Below are positions 18,097 through 27,748 of a DNA stretch of 64,000 nt, one piece after another. Made by a program: the position numbers and the translations under genes. The stretch covers positions 1,816 through 65,815 of the forward strand of contig DATMDQ010000085.1 in assembly GCA_035557715.1 (NCBI GenBank), given 5' to 3'. Source of the stretch: Gemmatimonadales bacterium. GTDB lineage: Bacteria; Gemmatimonadota; Gemmatimonadetes; Gemmatimonadales; GWC2-71-9. The notes below the pieces were generated by a model. The model was not told the DNA's origin and searched no databases. It saw nothing but the letters and a program-made list of their open reading frames with translations. Each line of letters begins with the position of its first letter. Position 1 is the first letter of the stretch.

Positions 18097-21000
18097 TGCG
18101 CCGCCAGCGTGCGCTGCGACGTCAGCTTGCGCGGTTCCTGTTCGTCTTCCTGATCGGGAGCGCCGCGATGATTCTGGGGGTGATTACCTCCATGACCCTC
18201 ACACCTCCCGGGCGAGACCTGCTGGCACGCACCGTCTCCAGGTTCCTCGACCGTATCGTCACCGGACAGGTGAGGGTAGGGTCCATCTCGGGCTCATTCC
18301 TGTACGACCTGACCCTCGAAAACCTGGTGGTGCGCGACACGAGCGGAGAGCTGCTGGTGGACCTGCCCCGGGTGCGGGTGGCCTACCGGCTGCCGAACTT
18401 CATTGCCGGCCAGGTGGTGTTAAGCGCGATACAAATGGATAGTCCCACCATCCAGCTGATCAAGCACCGTAACGGGCGGATGAATTACGAAGAGGTGCTC
18501 GGCATCGGGAAGGGATCCAAAGGCGGAAGGTCGCCCCTGGTCGAGTTCCACAACGTCAAGATGACGGACGGGTTGCTCCGGATCGCGTTGCCGTGGAATC
18601 CGCCCCGCACTGCCCGGACGGAGAGCAGCGTGGACTCGGCCCTCCGGGCGGAGCGAGCCAAACCGGGCCGCATCGTGGAGGAGACTCCCGAGGGACTTCG
18701 ACGGGTGATCGTTCTGGCCGATCTGGCTACTCGCGTGTCCCGCTTGCGCATCGCCACCCCCGATCGGCTCCCATTTACGATCGATCTCGACTCGCTCGCC
18801 ACCCGGGTGAACGACCCTGGAGTGACGCTCACGCACGCGGTCGGCCGGGTACGGATCCGAGGGGACAGTGCGGTGTTCAGCCTCTCTCGAGGAGCGTTGC
18901 CGGATACCAGATTCTCCGGCGGCGGAGCCGTCACCTGGCCCCGGGACACCATTCTCTTCGATTTCCAGGTCATCTCGCCCCACGTAAATATGGAGGACCT
19001 GCGCTGGGTCTCGCCCGACTTCCCTTCGATGACGGGCCGTGGCGTCCTCACCGCCCGGTCGGAGACCGGCGTGCGGACGGTCTACGACATCCGCGACCTC
19101 CACCTCGCTGGGCCAGAGGGTCAGGTCGACGGCGACCTGGTAATGATCACCGATCGTCGGCGCGGGCTCGGGGTCCGTGACATGAACGTGAGGCTCGGGG
19201 AGCTGGATCTCGATGCTGCGCGCCGCTATCTGGACAGCCTTCCCTTCTACGGAACCGTCACCGGCAAGCTGGCGGGATCGGGATTTCTGAACGCGCTCGA
19301 CCTCAGCCTCGAGTGGGCGTTTCGAGACGCGGCGGTGCCGGGGAATCCATTGACGACGATTGCCGGCGAGGGTGGTATCGGGACCTCACGCGATAGCGGC
19401 CTCACCTTCACCGAGTTTGGCGTCAAACAATCGGATATCGACCTTGCCACCGTTCGCCGGATTGCTCCGGCGGTGATCCTCGAGGGGCGCCTCACGGCGG
19501 TGGGCACGTTGAATGGCCCGCTCCGGAACGTGAGGTTCAACGGAACCGCCCAGCACCAGGACCAGGACCGCCCACCCAGTCAGCTCGAGGGCACGGTACA
19601 CCTCGACAGCAGATACCGGGTGCTCGGACTCGATACCGATGTCATGCTGGATCCGCTCTCCTTCGACGGGATTCGGCGTGCCTTCCCCTCACTCGGGGCA
19701 CGGGGCGAGCTGCGAGGTCCATTCCAGAGCCGGGGCACACTAGCCCGACTGGCGGTGGATGCTTCTCTCACCGGGCAGCTCGGTTCGATAGAAGCACACG
19801 GCTTCGCGACGCTGCAGCCTCCCAAATGGGGTGCCGAGGATCTGCTGCTGCGGTTCACCCGGCTGGATCTGGCTGCGCTCACCGGCCGCGACCTTCCTAC
19901 CCGGTTGAACGGCGAGATCCTGGTCACCGGCGTCATCGACACCTTAAGGGCTCCAGAGGGCGAGGTGCGGGTAGCCCTGTCGAGCAGTCGGCTCCGGGAG
20001 CTTACCCTGGACAGTGTCTTCGCGGTGGCCGGTTTGCACGACAGCATGATCCGGGTGGATACCGCCTACGCCGTCTGGAAGGGGGCCCGGGTAGGCGGAT
20101 CAGGTACCCTGGGCTGGGGGGGGCTCCATACTGGGCGCATGGCCTTCACCCTCGCGGCCGACAGCCTGATTGCATTCGACTCACTGCTTCTCGCGACGAC
20201 GGGGCAGACCCGGGATCTCGGGCCCGACAGTCGCCCGCTCGGGGGAACCGCCCATGCGAGCGTTCAGCTCGCTGGGAATCTCGATACGCTGGAGGCCAGC
20301 GCCGATTTTCTGGCCGAGAACCTCGAGTGGCAGAACATGCTTTCTCCCAGGATCACCGGAGCGTTCAGTTGGATTGGTGGTCAGCGTCCCCAACTCACGG
20401 CGTCGATCGGCTCAGACTCCCTGAGCGCAGGTCGATGGGTCTTCCACCGGATTGGGGCCCAGGCCCGGGGCTGGGCCGACTCGCTCGAGTGGAATGCTGG
20501 CACCGGCGTCGGCTCGAGCATGGCGGTGAACGGTGCGGGGCGCTGGTGGCGACATGAGCAAACCCAGGTGGCCATGTTCGACAGTCTTTCCTTCGTGTTG
20601 CCCGCGCATCGGTACCGCTCAGAAGAGACCTTCGCGGTAACCCTCAGTGATTCGGCGCCCGCGGTCAGCCCCGTCACTCTGCGCGCCGAGGACGGCTCGG
20701 GGCTGATTCAGCTGGCCGGCCGGGTACCGGGGACGTCGGAAGGCTCTCTCCTGATTCGCGTGCTTGGCCTCGATCTGCACGATGCCTACGGTCTCCTTCA
20801 GCGTGACACTCTGGGAGTGGGTGGGGCTCTCGGTATCGATGCTCGCGTAGGCGGCACGGCCGAGCGGCCGACGCTGCGAGGCACGATGACGCTGGATGGA
20901 GGGAAGTTTGGCGATTTCAACGCACCCTTCCTTCAGGGTGTGATAGACTATGCCGACCGTCGGCTGGAGACCGATCTCCTTCTCTGGCGGGCGGGCAAGA

Positions 21001-22505
21001 ACGTCCTCGATGTCGGTGCCACGCTCCCGCTGGACCTGGCACTGCGCGGAGCAAAGCAGCGCCAGGTGGAAGGCTCCCTGTCGGTCCACGCCCGCGGCGA
21101 CAGCGTCGATCTGGGGATTCTCGAGGCCTTTACCCCTGCCATACGGCAGGTCACCGGCCAGTTTTCGACCGACGTCAATGTCACCGGCACCTGGGCGGCG
21201 CCCCGGCTTTCGGGAGCCCTGGAGTTCCGCGAAGGCGCCATGTCGCTGCCAGGCCTGGGTGTCCGCTACGAGCGAATGAATGGTCGCGCCCGGTTCCAGG
21301 GCGACTCGGTGGTGCTGGACAACGTGACCTTGAGGGGTGGCGACGGGTCGCTGGCCATAACCGGGTCGGTTCGCCTGGAGGACCTCGCCCGTCCGGTGCT
21401 CAACCTCGGGTTCCGGGCTAACGACTTCAGGGCGATAGACGTGAGCAGATTCCTCACCCTGGACGCCACCGGCGCCTTGCAGCTGGAAGGCCCGCTCTTC
21501 CATGCCAATCTCTCCGGGGGCCTCACAGCGAACAGCGGAGTGCTCTATTTCGCCGACCTGGTGACCAAGCGGATCATCGATCTCGAGGACCCCACCATCG
21601 CGGATCTGGTCGACACCACCCTCATTCGGCGGGAGAACCTCGGCGGCAAGTTCCAGAACCGGTTCCTTGATTCGCTCACTATTAACAACCTCGGCATGGA
21701 GATGGGCAACGACGTCTGGCTCCGGTCGAGCGAGGCCAACATTCAGCTGAGCGGACAGGTTCAGCTCAGCAAGACCCGCCAGGCCTACACTCCATCGGGT
21801 ACGCTGGAAGCGGCACGCGGCAGTTACACCCTGAAGGTCGGTCCGGTGACCCGCGACTTTACGGTAGACCGGGGGACGGTGCGCTACTTCGGAGACCTGA
21901 ACGCCGCGCTCGACATCCGCGCCACCCACGACGTCCGGGCCGTACGGGGCGAGGAGATCCCGGTGATCGCGGTCATCACCGGAACGCTGTACGCCCCCAA
22001 GATCACTCTCGAGAGCACGTTCAATCCGCCGATCTCGGAGACCGATCTGGTGTCCTACATGGTGACGGGCTATCCGGCCAACGAGGCGACACGCCTGGGC
22101 CGGGGCAGTGCGCTGGCAACCGGACTGTCCTATTTCTCCAGCGCTCTTTCGAGCGAGCTCGAGCGGGCGCTGATCCAGGATATCGGCGTTCCGCTGGACC
22201 TCATCGAAATCCGGCCCGGTGTAACGAGCATGGGTGGAGCCAACGCGCTCACCCAGGTCGCCGCCGGCTGGCAACTCGGCAGCAAGACCTTCATCACGTT
22301 GAATGCGGGCTTCTGTCCCGAGAACCTGAGCTCGTTCAGCTACAGCAACCTCGGCGCGAGTCTCGAGTTCAGGTTCAGCCGGGAGTGGAGCCTTCAGGCC
22401 AGCGTGGAGCCGACCCTCCAGACCTGCCGGCAGGATTTCGGCGTCATCTACAGCACTAACCCGTATCAGATCGGCTCAGACATCCGCTGGGAACGGGAGT
22501 TCTAG
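18096..22505 (+). CDS. tamB: Translocation and assembly module protein TamB (DUF490 family)
   Basis: 1469 aa with an N-terminal membrane anchor, a long beta-rich body and a C-terminal DUF490-like region. 1-nt overlap (TGATG) with the Omp85 gene. Confidence 0.8.
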   Translation: MRRQRALRRQLARFLFVFLIGSAAMILGVITSMTLTPPGRDLLARTVSRFLDRIVTGQVRVGSISGSFLYDLTLENLVVRDTSGELLVDLPRVRVAYRLPNFIAGQVVLSAIQMDSPTIQLIKHRNGRMNYEEVLGIGKGSKGGRSPLVEFHNVKMTDGLLRIALPWNPPRTARTESSVDSALRAERAKPGRIVEETPEGLRRVIVLADLATRVSRLRIATPDRLPFTIDLDSLATRVNDPGVTLTHAVGRVRIRGDSAVFSLSRGALPDTRFSGGGAVTWPRDTILFDFQVISPHVNMEDLRWVSPDFPSMTGRGVLTARSETGVRTVYDIRDLHLAGPEGQVDGDLVMITDRRRGLGVRDMNVRLGELDLDAARRYLDSLPFYGTVTGKLAGSGFLNALDLSLEWAFRDAAVPGNPLTTIAGEGGIGTSRDSGLTFTEFGVKQSDIDLATVRRIAPAVILEGRLTAVGTLNGPLRNVRFNGTAQHQDQDRPPSQLEGTVHLDSRYRVLGLDTDVMLDPLSFDGIRRAFPSLGARGELRGPFQSRGTLARLAVDASLTGQLGSIEAHGFATLQPPKWGAEDLLLRFTRLDLAALTGRDLPTRLNGEILVTGVIDTLRAPEGEVRVALSSSRLRELTLDSVFAVAGLHDSMIRVDTAYAVWKGARVGGSGTLGWGGLHTGRMAFTLAADSLIAFDSLLLATTGQTRDLGPDSRPLGGTAHASVQLAGNLDTLEASADFLAENLEWQNMLSPRITGAFSWIGGQRPQLTASIGSDSLSAGRWVFHRIGAQARGWADSLEWNAGTGVGSSMAVNGAGRWWRHEQTQVAMFDSLSFVLPAHRYRSEETFAVTLSDSAPAVSPVTLRAEDGSGLIQLAGRVPGTSEGSLLIRVLGLDLHDAYGLLQRDTLGVGGALGIDARVGGTAERPTLRGTMTLDGGKFGDFNAPFLQGVIDYADRRLETDLLLWRAGKNVLDVGATLPLDLALRGAKQRQVEGSLSVHARGDSVDLGILEAFTPAIRQVTGQFSTDVNVTGTWAAPRLSGALEFREGAMSLPGLGVRYERMNGRARFQGDSVVLDNVTLRGGDGSLAITGSVRLEDLARPVLNLGFRANDFRAIDVSRFLTLDATGALQLEGPLFHANLSGGLTANSGVLYFADLVTKRIIDLEDPTIADLVDTTLIRRENLGGKFQNRFLDSLTINNLGMEMGNDVWLRSSEANIQLSGQVQLSKTRQAYTPSGTLEAARGSYTLKVGPVTRDFTVDRGTVRYFGDLNAALDIRATHDVRAVRGEEIPVIAVITGTLYAPKITLESTFNPPISETDLVSYMVTGYPANEATRLGRGSALATGLSYFSSALSSELERALIQDIGVPLDLIEIRPGVTSMGGANALTQVAAGWQLGSKTFITLNAGFCPENLSSFSYSNLGASLEFRFSREWSLQASVEPTLQTCRQDFGVIYSTNPYQIGSDIRWEREF

Positions 22506-22507
22506 GC

Positions 22508-23413
22508 GTGACGCGGGCGTTGATCATTATCAATCCGGCGGCCGCGCGCACCGACCCGCTGGCGGTCAACGCCGTCATGAGCACGCTCAAGGCCGCCGGC
22601 TGGAGCGCCGAGGTCCTGGCCACCGGTGGGCCGGGGGATGCACGAGTCCTGGCGGAATACGGTGTGGCCGAGGGAGTGGACGTGGTCGCGGTTTTCGGCG
22701 GAGATGGAACCACAATGCAGGCCGCCGCCGCCCTCGTGGGCACGGAGGTGGCGCTCGGAGTCATTCCCGGCGGAACCGGCAATCTGCTGGCCGGGAACCT
22801 GCGGATCCCCGCCTCGCCGGCGCGCGCCGCCCGGGCGTTGGTGAGCGCGCGACCGAAGCGCTTCGATCTGGGACGGATGGAGCGGCCCGGCGGAGCTCAG
22901 TATTTCGCAGTAGCCTGCGGAGCGGGCTACGACGCCCGGGTCATGGCCGGCACGCTTGCTGTGCACAAGCGACGCTGGGGAATGGCGGCCTACGTCGCCA
23001 CCACCCTGCGGCTCATCCAGGATATCCGAAGCACCATCCATGCGATCACCATAGACGGGGTGGAATACCAGGCCGACGCCGCCATGGTCCTGGTGGCCAA
23101 CTGCGGCGAAGTCATCCCTCCATTCATCAGGCTCGGGCCCGGCATTACCCCGGATGACGGTCTGCTGGATGTGGTGGTGGTCCGGGCGAACAGCTTTTCT
23201 CAGAGCGTTCTGGCCGTCTGGGAGCTGCTCAGGGTCACCCCCGGTAGCCTAGGGGAGACCGGCTATGTGGGCCATGCCCGTGGGCGGGAGGTTCGGGTGG
23301 AGACCGATCCGGTCCAGCCGGTTCAGCTCGATGGTGAGCCCGGGGGGCATACGCCTTTTACCGCGAGCGTGGTTCCGGGAGCCATCCAGGTGATGGTCCC
23401 AGCCGGCAGTTGA
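22508..23413 (+). CDS. Diacylglycerol/lipid kinase family protein (YegS/BmrU-like)
   Basis: ALIIINPAA...VAVFGGDGTTMQAA...IPGGTGNLLA motifs. GTG start 2 nt after the tamB stop. Confidence 0.88.
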   Translation: MTRALIIINPAAARTDPLAVNAVMSTLKAAGWSAEVLATGGPGDARVLAEYGVAEGVDVVAVFGGDGTTMQAAAALVGTEVALGVIPGGTGNLLAGNLRIPASPARAARALVSARPKRFDLGRMERPGGAQYFAVACGAGYDARVMAGTLAVHKRRWGMAAYVATTLRLIQDIRSTIHAITIDGVEYQADAAMVLVANCGEVIPPFIRLGPGITPDDGLLDVVVVRANSFSQSVLAVWELLRVTPGSLGETGYVGHARGREVRVETDPVQPVQLDGEPGGHTPFTASVVPGAIQVMVPAGS

Positions 23414-23524
23414 GCCATGGTGCAATAGCGCCGAGTGACTAATTTCTGGTGGGTCCCTGCCACGCCTATGTACTAAGGCAAGCCAGGGGGCTACGCCTAG
23501 TTCCTATCGATCCAAGGTATATCA

Positions 23525-24871
23525 ATGGCTGCCTCCGTCCTGCTCATCGATGACGATGTCGACGTTTTGCGCAGCATAGGCAACTACTTCGAACGGTTCG
23601 GCTACGAGGTCACCCGCGAGCTCAGCGGCGAGGCCGGGCTGGCCACGTTTGACCGCATTCGGCCCGAAGTCGTCATCCTGGATCTGGCGCTGCCCGGCAT
23701 GGATGGCATGGAGGTCCTGGAACACCTGCGCCAGCGCGATGCCTCCGTCGTCCTTCTGACCGGCCAGGCCGACGTGGCAACCGCGGTGCGGGCCATGCAG
23801 TTAGGTGCCGAGAATTTCCTGACCAAGCCGGTGGACATGGAGCACCTTGCCGCCGCTACCGCGAGGGTCGCGGACAAGGCGAAGCTGCGCCGGATCAATG
23901 AGGCGCTGCTGATTCAGAGCGCCCCGGGCTACGGGCTCGAATCGTTAGGCACCTCGTCGGGCATGCAGGATTTCGCGCACCAGGTTGGGCTGCTGGCCCA
24001 GAGCGAGCGCACCACGGTCCTGCTGAACGGAGAGAGCGGCACAGGCAAGGGGTGGGTCGCCCGGATGATTCACGACCTGAGTCCCCGCACCAAGGCGCCG
24101 TTCGTGGAAGTGAACTGCGGCGGACTCAACGCCACGTTCCTCGACTCCGAGCTCTTCGGGCACGAGAAAGGCGCATTCACTGACGCCAAGGACCGGAAGC
24201 AGGGATTGTTCGAGATAGCGGACCATGGGACCATCTTTCTGGACGAGATCGGTGATCTGGCGCCGGAGCTGCAGCCCAAGCTGCTGAAGGTGCTGGAGAC
24301 GAAGACCTTCCGCCGCCTCGGCGGCACCCGCGAGATCACGGTGGATGTGCGACTGGTAGCTGCCACCAACAAGAACCTGCAGGCGGAAGTGGAGAGCGGC
24401 CGTTTTCGGGAGGACCTGTATTATCGCCTGAGCGTCATGCCACTCACCATGCCCGCGCTGCGCGACCGTTCGCGAGAGGATCGGTTGGCGCTGATCACGC
24501 GTCTGATGGGCGATCTTCGCTCCGAGCTGCCCGATGGGCCGGCCGCACTCTCGGGCGAGGTGCTCGAACGCCTGCTGTCCTACCCCTGGCCCGGCAACGT
24601 GCGCGAGATGCGCAATGTGCTGGAGCGCGCGCTGATCCTCGGGCGGGGCCAGCCCGCCGTGAGCGTCGAGCACCTACCCGGTGAGTTCCGCGCGCGAGCC
24701 GGAGTCGGCGATCGACGTCACACTCCGCTGAGCCTGGAGGACCTGGAGCGGCAGCATATCGAGCGCACCTTGAAGCACCATACCGGTAATCGTACCCGCG
24801 CCGCCATTGAGCTCGGGATCTCCAGGGCCACGCTGATCAACAAGATCAAGCGTTACACTATCGTCGCATGA
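23525..24871 (+). CDS. Sigma-54-dependent response regulator (NtrC family)
   Basis: Receiver domain (VVILDLALPGMDG). AAA+ module with Walker A GESGTGKG and the GAFTDA sigma-54 contact loop. C-terminal Fis-type HTH (AAIELGISRATLINKIKR). No histidine kinase is adjacent. Confidence 0.92.
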   Translation: MAASVLLIDDDVDVLRSIGNYFERFGYEVTRELSGEAGLATFDRIRPEVVILDLALPGMDGMEVLEHLRQRDASVVLLTGQADVATAVRAMQLGAENFLTKPVDMEHLAAATARVADKAKLRRINEALLIQSAPGYGLESLGTSSGMQDFAHQVGLLAQSERTTVLLNGESGTGKGWVARMIHDLSPRTKAPFVEVNCGGLNATFLDSELFGHEKGAFTDAKDRKQGLFEIADHGTIFLDEIGDLAPELQPKLLKVLETKTFRRLGGTREITVDVRLVAATNKNLQAEVESGRFREDLYYRLSVMPLTMPALRDRSREDRLALITRLMGDLRSELPDGPAALSGEVLERLLSYPWPGNVREMRNVLERALILGRGQPAVSVEHLPGEFRARAGVGDRRHTPLSLEDLERQHIERTLKHHTGNRTRAAIELGISRATLINKIKRYTIVA

Positions 24872-25044
24872 AGCCACAAGAGCACGACGCTATGGAGTGC
24901 CGCGCCTGTGGAAAGGAAGAGCGTGCGTCCGAAGGGTATCCCTGCTCCAACTGCGGCACCTTCATCTGCCTGATCTGCACCTTCCGCGGGGTCACTCTCT
25001 GTAAGGAGTGCGCGTCAAAGGCCGTACCCGAGAAGGGCGCTTGA
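24868..25044 (+). CDS. Small 4xCxxC zinc-ribbon protein (58 aa), not in the ORF track
   Basis: My translation is MKPQEHDAMECRACGKEERASEGYPCSNCGTFICLICTFRGVTLCKECASKAVPEKGA. ATGA overlap with the ntrC-like stop. High GC3. Four CxxC pairs. Ends 13 nt before the next gene. Confidence 0.6.
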   Translation: MKPQEHDAMECRACGKEERASEGYPCSNCGTFICLICTFRGVTLCKECASKAVPEKGA

Positions 25045-25057
25045 GTCTGGATCGGTC

Positions 25058-25843
25058 ATGCCCGCTGCCATAGCCCGCTCCGCCATCGTACCCGTCATGG
25101 CCGAGCCCCGAGTGCGCTCGGAGCAGGTCACCCAGCTCGTGCTCGGCGAGACCGCCACCATCGTGGAGCGCGCCGGTGACTGGCGGAGGGTCTGCACCCG
25201 TTTTGACGGCTACGACGGGTGGGTCAACGCGGGCTACCTGAGCGAGGTCGAGGATCAGCTGGCGGAGGACTGGCGCTCGCACGCGTCGGCGTGGAGCGAA
25301 GGCGCCACGGTGCGCATCGGGGGATCGCAGCTGCCGTTGCCATTGCGGGCTCGGGTGATACTGGAGGAAGGTGCCGTGGTGCTGCCCGACGGCCGGCGCG
25401 GACGCATCACTGACGGTAGCGTCCGGGAAATGAGAGACGTCACAGTTGCGGCGAGGGCCAAGGCCCCGGAGCTCTGGGCGTTCGAGCATTTCATCGGTAG
25501 TCCCTATCAGTGGGGCGGTGTGACACCCTGGGGTGTCGACTGCTCCGGGCTGGTCCAGACGACGTTCGCGGCCCGCGGGGTGACCCTCCCGCGGGATTCG
25601 GCTCAGCAGGCCGTGCTTGGCGCCGCCGTCTCGCCCGACTCCGTCCAGCCGGGCGATCTCCTGTTTTTCAGCGGAGAGACCGGCAGCGGAATCACTCATG
25701 TCGCCTTCGCCGGCGATGCCGATAGCTTGATCCATTCGACGTTGGCGTGCGGCGGGACCTTGGCGGAGCCGTGGCTCCCGGGCACTCGCGCCGCTATCCT
25801 GAGGCCGCGGCTGGTCGCGGTGCGCCGGCTGGAGCAGAGGTGA
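25058..25843 (+). CDS. NlpC/P60 (C40) peptidoglycan peptidase with N-terminal SH3-like domains
   Basis: GSPYQWGGVTPWGVDCSGLVQTTF carries the catalytic Cys. A downstream GITHVAF supplies the His. The N-terminal half resembles SH3b. Confidence 0.88.
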   Translation: MPAAIARSAIVPVMAEPRVRSEQVTQLVLGETATIVERAGDWRRVCTRFDGYDGWVNAGYLSEVEDQLAEDWRSHASAWSEGATVRIGGSQLPLPLRARVILEEGAVVLPDGRRGRITDGSVREMRDVTVAARAKAPELWAFEHFIGSPYQWGGVTPWGVDCSGLVQTTFAARGVTLPRDSAQQAVLGAAVSPDSVQPGDLLFFSGETGSGITHVAFAGDADSLIHSTLACGGTLAEPWLPGTRAAILRPRLVAVRRLEQR

Positions 25844-26559
25844 TGGCGACCCGGCGCAGGCTCGTCCTTTTCGACATCGATGGAACCATCCTGTTGACGG
25901 CCGGTGCTGGCCGCCGGGCGATCATGGCGGCAATCGCCGAGGAAGTGGGCGACGTCGCGGTGATGCGGGAGGTGCGCTTCGACGGCAAGACCGATCCCCA
26001 GATAGTGACCGAGCTGCTCGAGGCCGCCGGCCATCCGGGCCCACACCGATCGGAGCGGGTTCAGGCGCTCTGCTCCCGCTATGTCGATCTCCTTCAGCAC
26101 GAGCTCCGCCAGCCCACCAGCAGAACAACCGTCATGCCCGGCGTCTTCCCACTGCTCGATCGTCTGGAGCGGGAGGAAGGAGTAGTGCTCGGTCTGCTGA
26201 CCGGGAACATGGTCCAGGGAGCCGCGCTGAAGCTGCGGGCAGGCGGGCTCGACCCGGCGCGCTTCCGGGTGGGCGCCTATGGTTCCGACTCCGGCCACCG
26301 GCCCGACCTGCCTGCGATTGCCGCCCGCCGAGCTGAGCCCTACTTCGGCCAGGTTCCTACCGGGCCGGAGGTTGTCATTATCGGCGACACGCCGGCCGAC
26401 GTCGCCTGCGGTGCAGACATCGATGCACGCGCCGTTGCGGTCGCCACTGGCGCCTACTCAGTAGCCGACCTCATGGCCTGCGGACCTCACGCTGCGTTTG
26501 AGGATCTCCGCGACACCGACCGGGTCCTCGAGGCCATTCTTGCCTCCCACCAAGGCTGA
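25843..26559 (+). CDS. HAD-superfamily phosphatase (phosphoglycolate phosphatase-like)
   Basis: RLVLFDIDGTILLT (DxDGT), LTGN, and GDTPADV motifs. Start at ATG 25843 (aa 33 of ORF 25747..26559), with a 1-nt overlap on the upstream stop. Confidence 0.85.
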   Translation: MATRRRLVLFDIDGTILLTAGAGRRAIMAAIAEEVGDVAVMREVRFDGKTDPQIVTELLEAAGHPGPHRSERVQALCSRYVDLLQHELRQPTSRTTVMPGVFPLLDRLEREEGVVLGLLTGNMVQGAALKLRAGGLDPARFRVGAYGSDSGHRPDLPAIAARRAEPYFGQVPTGPEVVIIGDTPADVACGADIDARAVAVATGAYSVADLMACGPHAAFEDLRDTDRVLEAILASHQG

Positions 26560-26566
26560 CATCTGG

Positions 26567-27295
26567 TTGGTTCCGGAGCTCGGCCCCGCGCTCGGCCGGT
26601 TGGTGGATCCGCCGCTGACCCGCGGTGACCGCGGTTCGCTCGATCTCGTTCTCGATGACATTCGTCTCGACCTGGTCACCGGAATCTTCGAGCTTGCCGG
26701 TGCCGCGCGCTCCTTCGCGGCGTCGGGCGACCGGCAGGGCGCCATTGCCTCGCTGTCCCGCTTCGCCTGGCTCGATCTGTGGGAGCGCGCCGTCGCCGCC
26801 GCAGCCGAGCGCCTCGCTGAGGCGGCAAACGCGAAGCTGAACGAGGCCGCCACCGAATCGAGGCTTCCCGCCCGACAGCTCGAAGCCTTCAGGATCAAGA
26901 CCGAGGATGTCCGTGCGATCGCTTCGCGCCTGGGCAGTGGTGGGGCGGGATTCGTGAGCGCGCTGGACGCGCTGGAGCAAACGCTCCCGGGCGCGTCCGC
27001 GGCAGGTACCCGCGGGTGGGCCGGACAGGAGGAGTGGCAGCGTGCCCTGGCCGCCGCGGCTCGACGGCTGGAGGCGGCCTGGCTGGCGCTAGCTACCGGA
27101 GCGCGGGCGGAGCAGGACCGGTGGAAGGCCGAGATCGATCGGGCAAAGGCATGGCGCCGGCCAACCCGGCTTTTGTGGCTGATCACCGTGGCAGTGCTAG
27201 CCGCGGCTACGTATCTGGGATTGGTGCTTGGCGGGTACCTGCCGGTGCCGTCCGGGCTTCGCCCGCTGGCGGAACTCTGGTGGTATCGTCTGTGA
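26567..27295 (+). CDS. Hypothetical helical protein with a C-terminal transmembrane segment
   Basis: ORF 26498..27295. Ala/Leu/Arg-rich helical sequence ending in a TM segment (LLWLITVAVLAAATYLGLVLGGYL). GTGA overlap with acpS. The start is uncertain (TTG 26567, TTG 26600 or GTG 26603). The long antisense ORF was judged spurious. Confidence 0.55.
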   Translation: MVPELGPALGRLVDPPLTRGDRGSLDLVLDDIRLDLVTGIFELAGAARSFAASGDRQGAIASLSRFAWLDLWERAVAAAAERLAEAANAKLNEAATESRLPARQLEAFRIKTEDVRAIASRLGSGGAGFVSALDALEQTLPGASAAGTRGWAGQEEWQRALAAAARRLEAAWLALATGARAEQDRWKAEIDRAKAWRRPTRLLWLITVAVLAAATYLGLVLGGYLPVPSGLRPLAELWWYRL

Positions 27296-27678
27296 CCGTG
27301 ATCGGCGTCGGCATAGACCTGATTGACCTGGAGCGGGTGAGAACGCTGCTGACCCGGAAGGGGGAGCAGGCGATGACCCGCTTTTTCTCGGACGGGGAGC
27401 GACAGTATCTGGCCACCCGCCCGGATCCAACGGGGCATGCCGCAGCCCGCATTGCGGCAAAGGAGGCAGTTTATAAAGCGATGCAGTCACTCCGCGGGGC
27501 CCGGGCAATCGGCTGGCGCGAGATTGAGGTCTCCCGTGACGTCGAGGGCAAGCCCGCCATAGCGCTGCACGGACTCGCCGCACGCCTTTCTGATGAAAGT
27601 GGCGGGCTGCGTATTCAGGTATCTCTCACCCACTCCGCCACCTCGGCCGGCGCGATCGCGATCGTGGAAGCGCCTTAG
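27292..27678 (+). CDS. acpS: Holo-[acyl-carrier-protein] synthase
   Basis: VIGVGIDLIDLERV...AAKEAVYKA...GKPAI...SLTHS are typical AcpS blocks. GTG 27292 (aa 93 of ORF 27016..27678). Confidence 0.9.
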   Translation: MTVIGVGIDLIDLERVRTLLTRKGEQAMTRFFSDGERQYLATRPDPTGHAAARIAAKEAVYKAMQSLRGARAIGWREIEVSRDVEGKPAIALHGLAARLSDESGGLRIQVSLTHSATSAGAIAIVEAP

Positions 27679-27748
27679 AAGCCACCCTCTTTCAATTCCG
27701 ACTAGAAGACTCTACTTTCCGCTGGTCGAAATTCAAAACTGGGTGAAA

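Noticed and set aside
20619-22274. 551-aa ORF antisense to tamB
   Set aside because: The reasoning is the same: tamB is one continuous 1469-aa frame with a sensible composition, and the antisense product is low-complexity.
23446-23461. Possible sigma-54 promoter (TGGtgggtcccTGC) upstream of the ntrC-like gene
   Set aside because: The GG-to-GC spacing is one nucleotide short of the TGGCAC-N5-TTGC consensus, and the flanking bases do not match.
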